DNA of 64,000 nt from Blastocatellia bacterium (lineage in GTDB: Bacteria; Acidobacteriota; Blastocatellia; UBA7656): positions 416,001-480,000 of the forward strand of contig CAVXWP010000002.1 of the NCBI GenBank assembly GCA_963765495.1, in the 5' to 3' direction. Each line of letters starts with the position of its first letter. The first letter of the stretch is position 1. Below the pieces are notes generated by a model that did not search any database, was not told where the DNA came from, and saw nothing but the letters and a program-made list of their open reading frames with translations. Both the position numbers and the translations under genes were made by a program. Shown piece by piece: positions 58,283 to 64,000 of this stretch.

Positions 58283-59956
58283 TCAGTGGCGGCGGCGTGA
58301 AGATTTGCTGCTCGATTTACTGCTTGATTTAGAGCTTTTCTTCTTTTCGGTTTTTGAACTTCTGGAGGCCGTCGTAGTTCGCGCTCGAGTTTCGTTCTTG
58401 CCTCTTTTGGTGCTTCTGACACTGCGAGAGCGAACCTTCTTCTCGGTGTAACGACTGGATCGAACCTTCGACTTGGAGTTGCCTCGCGCCTCACTCACGC
58501 TCTTTGGAATTCGGATGGTCTGCCCTTTTTGCAGTCGGCTGCGAGCAGACATCTTATTCATCTGTGCAAGCTCTTGCACAGATACGCCGTGACGCGCCGC
58601 CAGAGAATTCAGCGTGTCGCCCCGTCTTACTTTATATGTGGCTACTCGTGTGGTGTAGGAGGGTGTGTAATGTTTTTCGGCTACTTCTTCGACCGGGATC
58701 ACGACCTTGCGAGTGCGCTGGTCTTCGGGCAGTTCCGCGTAGGCGATTTCGAACTTCTGCCCCATGCCGTAGGGCAGCTTCAGTTTGTATCGCTGATCGG
58801 GAGGCGAGACCCCCCGGCGAAGCTCGGGGTTTAGATCGCGTACAACCTCGTAGGGAACACCGACGAGGTCTGCCGCCACTTTGAGGTCTGTCTGGTCAGG
58901 CAGTTCAAAAGTGTCGTAACGCAGAGTCGGATCGGGCGTTATATTGAACCCGTAACGATCCTGGTTTTTGCTGACGATAACGATTGAAAGGATTATAGGC
59001 ACATAATTGCGGGTCTCCTGCGGCAACAGATTGAGCCGGTAAAGCTCCCAGAAATCGGCATAGCCACAGGTGGCGATGGCTTTATCCACGCGATTCTCGC
59101 CGGAATTGTAGGCGGCCATCGCAAGCAGCCAGTCGCCCGCAAAATGGTTGTTAAGCCATTTCAAATACTTTGCGGCGGCCCGAGTCGATTTCTCAGGTTG
59201 CGAACGATCATCAACCCATGAGGTCTGAGCCAGACCAAAACGCGTGCCCGTCGAAGGTATAAATTGCCATATCCCCTTTGCGGCGGCGCGCGAAAGCGCA
59301 TTCGGTTTCCAGACCGATTCGGCCTGCGCGAGCCATATCAGATCGAGCGGAACACCCTCTTCTTTGAAGATACGCTCGGCCATCTCGCGAAAACGACCCG
59401 ACCGCTTCAGACCTACTTCCATCGTCGAACGTCCACGCCCAACGGCGAAGTAATCTATAAACTGTACGACGGGAGGCGCTACCGAAAAATTGAAATCGTA
59501 CTCACCATATATGTTAACGCCGTCCGGCGTCACAGCCGCCAGATCGCTGTCTTTGATGTCGGATAATTCATCGAGCACGGACGGCTCGACCACTTCGGCG
59601 TGCTCCTTCTGGTCGTGATCGTCAGAGGGTGCGGCTTCGTGTTTGTGAATGCGTTCGAGCAGGTCGCGGTAGTAAGCCTCAAACCTTGCGTTCGATTTTA
59701 TGCTTATGCCGGATTTGAGGATCTCCTCAACGGCCCGGTCAAACATCTGCCTGCCGAGCGCAAGCTGGCTGTGCGCAAACGCCTCTTCCCCCTTGCGATA
59801 ATACCCTTCCGCGCGTTCTATGATTGCGGGTATGTCCCCTGATGACACTTGTTCCTGGGATTGAGCAAAGGAGGTGAGGGGTCCGGTTAGTAGTATGAGA
59901 AATATGAAGACGATAAAAACAACAAGACTGCGACCAGAGCCGTGTACTAGCCTCAT
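58283..59956 (-). CDS. MltD-like lytic transglycosylase with LysM domain(s)
   Basis: AQAES...A.SRAAAKGIWQFIPSTG, LAMAAYNSGE, LPQETRNYVP, LysM YKVRRGDTLNSLAARHGVSVQELAQMN; start uncertain (59956 or 60067). Confidence 0.9.
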   Translation of the reverse strand: MRLVHGSGRSLVVFIVFIFLILLTGPLTSFAQSQEQVSSGDIPAIIERAEGYYRKGEEAFAHSQLALGRQMFDRAVEEILKSGISIKSNARFEAYYRDLLERIHKHEAAPSDDHDQKEHAEVVEPSVLDELSDIKDSDLAAVTPDGVNIYGEYDFNFSVAPPVVQFIDYFAVGRGRSTMEVGLKRSGRFREMAERIFKEEGVPLDLIWLAQAESVWKPNALSRAAAKGIWQFIPSTGTRFGLAQTSWVDDRSQPEKSTRAAAKYLKWLNNHFAGDWLLAMAAYNSGENRVDKAIATCGYADFWELYRLNLLPQETRNYVPIILSIVIVSKNQDRYGFNITPDPTLRYDTFELPDQTDLKVAADLVGVPYEVVRDLNPELRRGVSPPDQRYKLKLPYGMGQKFEIAYAELPEDQRTRKVVIPVEEVAEKHYTPSYTTRVATYKVRRGDTLNSLAARHGVSVQELAQMNKMSARSRLQKGQTIRIPKSVSEARGNSKSKVRSSRYTEKKVRSRSVRSTKRGKNETRARTTTASRSSKTEKKKSSKSSSKSSSKSSRRRH

Positions 59957-60162
59957 CTTTGGATTGTCCCTTTCGATTTGAGATTCCCTGCCAGGATGAA
60001 ACTGCGATTCAGGCGAAATTGTCCAGAGGCTGTCGCCAGGGGCTACTCCAATCGCAATCTCAACCATCCCGCTCTCAATTCTTGGCGAGTGGGGAGGTTA
60101 TAACACGCAAAGTCCTGTCCGGTCAATAAGAAAGGGGGTGCCGCAACAAATTTGAAACACTT

Positions 60163-60363
60163 GGTCGGGGGCCAGGGGCCAGGGGCCGGGGGCCGGTTTA
60201 GTCAGGGCATTCATCGTATAAAATCGAACTTCATTTTTAGGACAGTGTTAATAGCCCACGGATGACGCGGATCGGGCGGATCAACGCGGATCAACGCGGA
60301 TCAGATTCGTACCGGCTTCAATACCCCCGCCAACTGCCTGCCGGCCCCCGGTCCCTGGCCCCC
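60163..60363. repeat. GGGGCC(A/G) 7-mer inverted repeat enclosing an AATAG-family element (60250-60302)
   Basis: gggggccaggggccaggggccgggggccgg ... ccggcccccggtccctggccccc abutting the lon stop; inside, aatagcccacggatgacgcggatcgggcggatcaacgcggatcaacgcggatc. Confidence 0.85.
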
Positions 60364-62729
60364 TAAAGAATCGCCGTCTTCAACGCCTGGCGAACCGAGT
60401 CAACAAAAACGAAGTTGATCTCCTTAAACAATTCCTTGGGAACTTCCTCCAGATCGCGCCTGTTCTGCTGAGGTATGACTATCGTAGTGACGCGGGCGCG
60501 GCGAGCGGCGAGCACTTTCTCCTTAATTCCGCCCACTGGAAGGACGTTGCCTCGCAGGGTGATCTCGCCCGTCATCGCTACCGACCGCTTTACGGGTTTG
60601 CCCGAAAGGGCGGAAACGAGCGCGGTCGCAAGCGTAACACCTGCCGAAGGTCCATCCTTCGGGATAGCGCCTTCCGGCACGTGGACGTGGATGTCAAAGG
60701 TTGTGAATTTTTCCTGATCTATGCCAAGTTCATCCGCCTTCGACTTGGCCCATGAGAAGGCGGCCTGCGCGGACTCTTTCATCACATCGCCCAGCTGGCC
60801 CGTGAGCAGAAGATTGCCTTTCCCCCTGGTGAGCAGCGCCTCGATAAACAAAATATCGCCGCCCGCAGGCGTCCAGGCCAGCCCCGTGGCCACGCCTACC
60901 TGATCTTTCTTCAGCACTTCATCGGGGTGGATATGAGGTACGCCCAGGAATTCATAGAGTTTCTTGGCCGTCACGCGGACCAGTCCATCATTGCCCTCGG
61001 CAACGCGGCGAGCCACTTTGCGGCAAATCTGAGCGATGTTGCGCTCCAGTTGCCGCAGCCCCGATTCGTGCGTGTACTGCTGTATGACCGCGCTCAATGC
61101 CGACCGGCTGATGGCCAGATGGCGAGAGGTTATTCCGTGCGCATCCATCTGTTTTGGGATGATGTGACGACGGGCAATCTCTATTTTTTCCTCTTCGGTG
61201 TAACCGGCCAGGCGAATGACCTCCATTCGATCACGCAGGGCCGCGTGAATCGTGTCAAGCACATTGGCGGTCGTCATAAACATCACGTTAGAGAGATCAA
61301 ACGGAACACCGAGATAATTATCGCGGAACGAGAAATTCTGTTCCGGGTCAAGGACTTCAAGTAGCGCCGATGAAGGATCGCCCCGGAAATCGGCCCCGAC
61401 CTTGTCTATCTCGTCGAGCATGATAAGAGGGTTATTCGTCCCGGCCTGCTGTATCGATTGAATTATGCGACCGGGCATAGCGCCTATGTATGTGCGGCGA
61501 TGGCCGCGAATTTCGGCTTCGTCGTGGAGGCCGCCCAGACTGAGGCGCTGGAATTTACGATTCAGAGCGCGGGCTATGGAGCGTCCCAGACTGGTTTTGC
61601 CGACGCCGGGCGGACCTACGAGGCAAAGAATCGGCCCCTTGACTTTATCCTTGAGTTTGCGGACGGCGAGCGATTCGATTATTCGCTCTTTGACCTTTTC
61701 AAGCCCGTAGTGGTCTTCATCGAGTATCCCTTCGGCGCGCTTAAGATCGAGGTTCTCTTCCGAGGCGTTGGACCACGGGAGGCTCACCATCACATCGAGG
61801 TAATTGCGAAGGGTCGCGGACTCTGCGGCGTCAGGGTGCATGCGCTCAAGCTTCTTGATCTGGCGGTCTACCTCTTCTTCGACCGCTTCGGGCATTTTGA
61901 TCTGGAGCAACTTCTCGCGGTACATTGCGATCTCTTCGGCCAGTTCGTTGCCCTCGCCCAGTTCGCCCTGAATCGCCTTCAACTGCTGACGCAGGTAAAA
62001 CTCGCGCTGGGTGCGATCAATTTCGCCCTTGGCCTGCGAGTTGATCTCCTGTTGAACGAGCAGCACGTTGATCTCTCTGGCCAGAAGTTCGTTGACGCGG
62101 CGAAGACGATCAGCCGGGTTCAACTTTTCGAGCACGCTCTGCGCGTCAGAGACCTTTAGTTCCAGATTTGAAGCGGCCACATCGGCCAGACGACCGGGGT
62201 CTTCGAGATTGGCAACGATGGCCATCACTTCGGAAGAGATATTCTTCCCAAGCGTGATGGCGCGTTCGAGCGAGGCGCGTACGTTTCTGACCAGAGCTTC
62301 AAGCTCAAGTTCTTCGGCATCAGGCTCGAGGTCTGCCAGCGGCTCGATGTGGGCCAGCATATGAGGCAGGCTGTCATCGTAACGCGTGATGCGCGCTCGC
62401 GTCAGCCCCTGTACCAGAATGCGAATGCGCCCGTCGGGCATTTTTAGCATGCGCATTATGGCGGCAGCCGTTCCGTAATTGTAAAGGTCTTCTCCCGCAG
62501 GCTCCTCTTTTTCAAGATCGCGCTGGGCCGCAAGCATAATCATGCGGCTTTCGGCCAGAGCCTGCTCGACGGCGCGGATAGAGCGTTCCCGCTGCACAAA
62601 GAGCGGGACGATCATAAACGGGAAAATGACTATATCTCTAAGCGGCAGAACCGGCAGCGAGTCGGGCAGTTGTATCTGCTCTTCGCTTGCTTCGATCTGC
62701 ACCTCTTCCGGGTCCATTAGTGATGACAT
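60363..62729 (-). CDS. lon: ATP-dependent Lon protease
   Basis: [47 protein letters not shown] catalytic Ser, VGGIKEK. Confidence 0.98.
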   Translation of the reverse strand: MSSLMDPEEVQIEASEEQIQLPDSLPVLPLRDIVIFPFMIVPLFVQRERSIRAVEQALAESRMIMLAAQRDLEKEEPAGEDLYNYGTAAAIMRMLKMPDGRIRILVQGLTRARITRYDDSLPHMLAHIEPLADLEPDAEELELEALVRNVRASLERAITLGKNISSEVMAIVANLEDPGRLADVAASNLELKVSDAQSVLEKLNPADRLRRVNELLAREINVLLVQQEINSQAKGEIDRTQREFYLRQQLKAIQGELGEGNELAEEIAMYREKLLQIKMPEAVEEEVDRQIKKLERMHPDAAESATLRNYLDVMVSLPWSNASEENLDLKRAEGILDEDHYGLEKVKERIIESLAVRKLKDKVKGPILCLVGPPGVGKTSLGRSIARALNRKFQRLSLGGLHDEAEIRGHRRTYIGAMPGRIIQSIQQAGTNNPLIMLDEIDKVGADFRGDPSSALLEVLDPEQNFSFRDNYLGVPFDLSNVMFMTTANVLDTIHAALRDRMEVIRLAGYTEEEKIEIARRHIIPKQMDAHGITSRHLAISRSALSAVIQQYTHESGLRQLERNIAQICRKVARRVAEGNDGLVRVTAKKLYEFLGVPHIHPDEVLKKDQVGVATGLAWTPAGGDILFIEALLTRGKGNLLLTGQLGDVMKESAQAAFSWAKSKADELGIDQEKFTTFDIHVHVPEGAIPKDGPSAGVTLATALVSALSGKPVKRSVAMTGEITLRGNVLPVGGIKEKVLAARRARVTTIVIPQQNRRDLEEVPKELFKEINFVFVDSVRQALKTAIL

Positions 62730-62835
62730 ATTCAGTTTGGGTCCTCAGCGTCTAATATTGGATTGTAGGTTGCCAGAGTGATGGTGACAAGTGATTGGCA
62801 GTAAATAAGGAAGAAACGAGGGTACCTGTAGCCGT

Positions 62836-63309
62836 TCACTTTGTTCGGCGAGCGCGGCGGGTGCGGACCAGCGACTTAAGCTCGCTCATGAATTCCGATA
62901 CGTCTTTGAATTCCAGATAGACCGATGCGAAGCGGACGTAGGCCACTTTGTCGAGTTCTTTCAATCGCCGCATAATCATCTCGCCTATCTTATCGGTCGA
63001 ACGTTCGCGGTCGCGCGATTCCTGCACATACTTCTCAATGGAATTGACCAGACCCTCGATCTTCGACATAGGTATAGGCCGCTTCTCGCACGCTTTCATC
63101 ACACCCTGGAGCACTTTTTCGCGGTCGAACATCTCGCGGCGGCCGTCCTTTTTGACCACCATATAAGGTATTTCATCAATCCGTTCGTAGCTCGTAAAGC
63201 GCCGGTCGCATTTCATGCACTCTCTGCGGCGACGGATCACATCGCCTTCACGGCTCTCTCGGGAGTCAACGACTTTATCTTCGATATGACCGCAAAAGGG
63301 ACATTTCAT
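62836..63309 (-). CDS. nrdR: Transcriptional repressor NrdR
   Basis: MKCPFCG..DKVVDSR, IRRRREC..C..RFTSYE, ATP-cone [21 protein letters not shown]. Confidence 0.98.
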   Translation of the reverse strand: MKCPFCGHIEDKVVDSRESREGDVIRRRRECMKCDRRFTSYERIDEIPYMVVKKDGRREMFDREKVLQGVMKACEKRPIPMSKIEGLVNSIEKYVQESRDRERSTDKIGEMIMRRLKELDKVAYVRFASVYLEFKDVSEFMSELKSLVRTRRARRTK

Positions 63310-63346
63310 AGACTAATTTTCTCCACATTATTTTGATGATGCGCAA

Positions 63347-63431
63347 TTCGTGATACGTGATTTTAAGTGAGATGGCATATCTCATATAAATTGCTAACCC
63401 CTCGGATCACGAATCACACATCGCAAATCAC
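63347..63431. repeat. GTGATTC 7-mer inverted repeat, degenerate
   Basis: ttcgtgatacgtgattt ... atcacgaatcacacatcgcaaatcac, overlapping the stop at 63428. Confidence 0.7.
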
Positions 63432-64000
63432 GGCGTTTGTACGGCAACGACCTCTTTATCTTCCTCAGATCGCAAGGCGCCATCCAGCGAATCAACCTCT
63501 TCTACCTGCTTCTCGCCTATGCGCCTCAAGCGGTCGAGCGACATACCGTCTTTAATAACATAAAACAGACCAAACAGCGTAGCAGGCGCGAATATCACAA
63601 GGTGAAGGACGATAGCCACGGATGCGGCCTTGTTTTTGTCTACGCCTAAAAATATAAGCGAGGCCGCCGCCGCCGTATGAAAAGGGCCTGTGGCTCCGCC
63701 CGGTGTCGGCACCACCGACCCGAGCATGGAGATGCCCATAACGAAGACCGCGCCCGTAAAAGGGATCTGGGCATAAGGAATGTCGAAGGCACGCACGACC
63801 AGAAGATGAGCAACCGCCGACATAAACCAGAGCAGCACCGTATAGGAGACGGTGATTGTGAGACTCCTCGCATCGTGAAAGACGGCCAGCCCCTCCGAGA
63901 TGTGATGGAGCAGGCTCATCAGTCCCTGTTTGATATGGCGGGGCAGCCGGTCAAGTTTGCGATCCAGAAACGAGAGGACGCCTTCTCTGCGATGGCGGAA
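63428..64000 (-). CDS. Flippase-like/lysylphosphatidylglycerol-synthase TM-region (UPF0104-like) membrane protein, C-terminal part
   Basis: Multiple TM segments, VPTPGGATGPFH motif; the frame continues to the window edge. Confidence 0.7.
   Translation of the reverse strand, partial: FRHRREGVLSFLDRKLDRLPRHIKQGLMSLLHHISEGLAVFHDARSLTITVSYTVLLWFMSAVAHLLVVRAFDIPYAQIPFTGAVFVMGISMLGSVVPTPGGATGPFHTAAAASLIFLGVDKNKAASVAIVLHLVIFAPATLFGLFYVIKDGMSLDRLRRIGEKQVEEVDSLDGALRSEEDKEVVAVQTP

Overview
Mostly core genome of a bacterium that is very probably an Acidobacteriota member, plausibly Blastocatellia. This is inferred from the L14 'MILPLGG' variant, the Cys-rich RpoB insertion and an Oar-like TonB-dependent receptor. 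Positions 1-40052 (all minus strand) hold a tRNA cluster (Thr-Tyr-Gly-Thr), tuf-rpmG-tRNA-Trp-secE-nusG-rplKAJL-rpoBC, the str, S10, spc and alpha clusters, and accBC-thiE. Positions 40183-64000 hold transport and housekeeping genes: dppBC-like permeases, a D-2-hydroxyacid dehydrogenase, an OPT transporter, nadB, a TonB-dependent receptor, an orphan PilB/GspE ATPase, an MltD-like enzyme, lon and nrdR. Three signals stand out. (1) A three-gene candidate nucleotide-signalling immune cassette at 54887-58058: a deoxyribohydrolase-like/TPR (DUF4071) protein, a patatin phospholipase and a SLOG-like protein. (2) A self-contained, roughly 260-nt structured transcript at 43304-43597, carrying a 16-nt complement of the 16S rRNA 3' end and a 12-codon ORF. 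(3) About 20 intergenic elements built from different tandem 7-mers, mostly inverted repeats, that start at or just after stop codons, plus two other small palindromic repeat families. rpoC has a 1-nt deletion near its 3' end, probably a sequencing error. No CRISPR array, rRNA or transposase was seen. All calls come from reading the sequence by eye; no searches were run.
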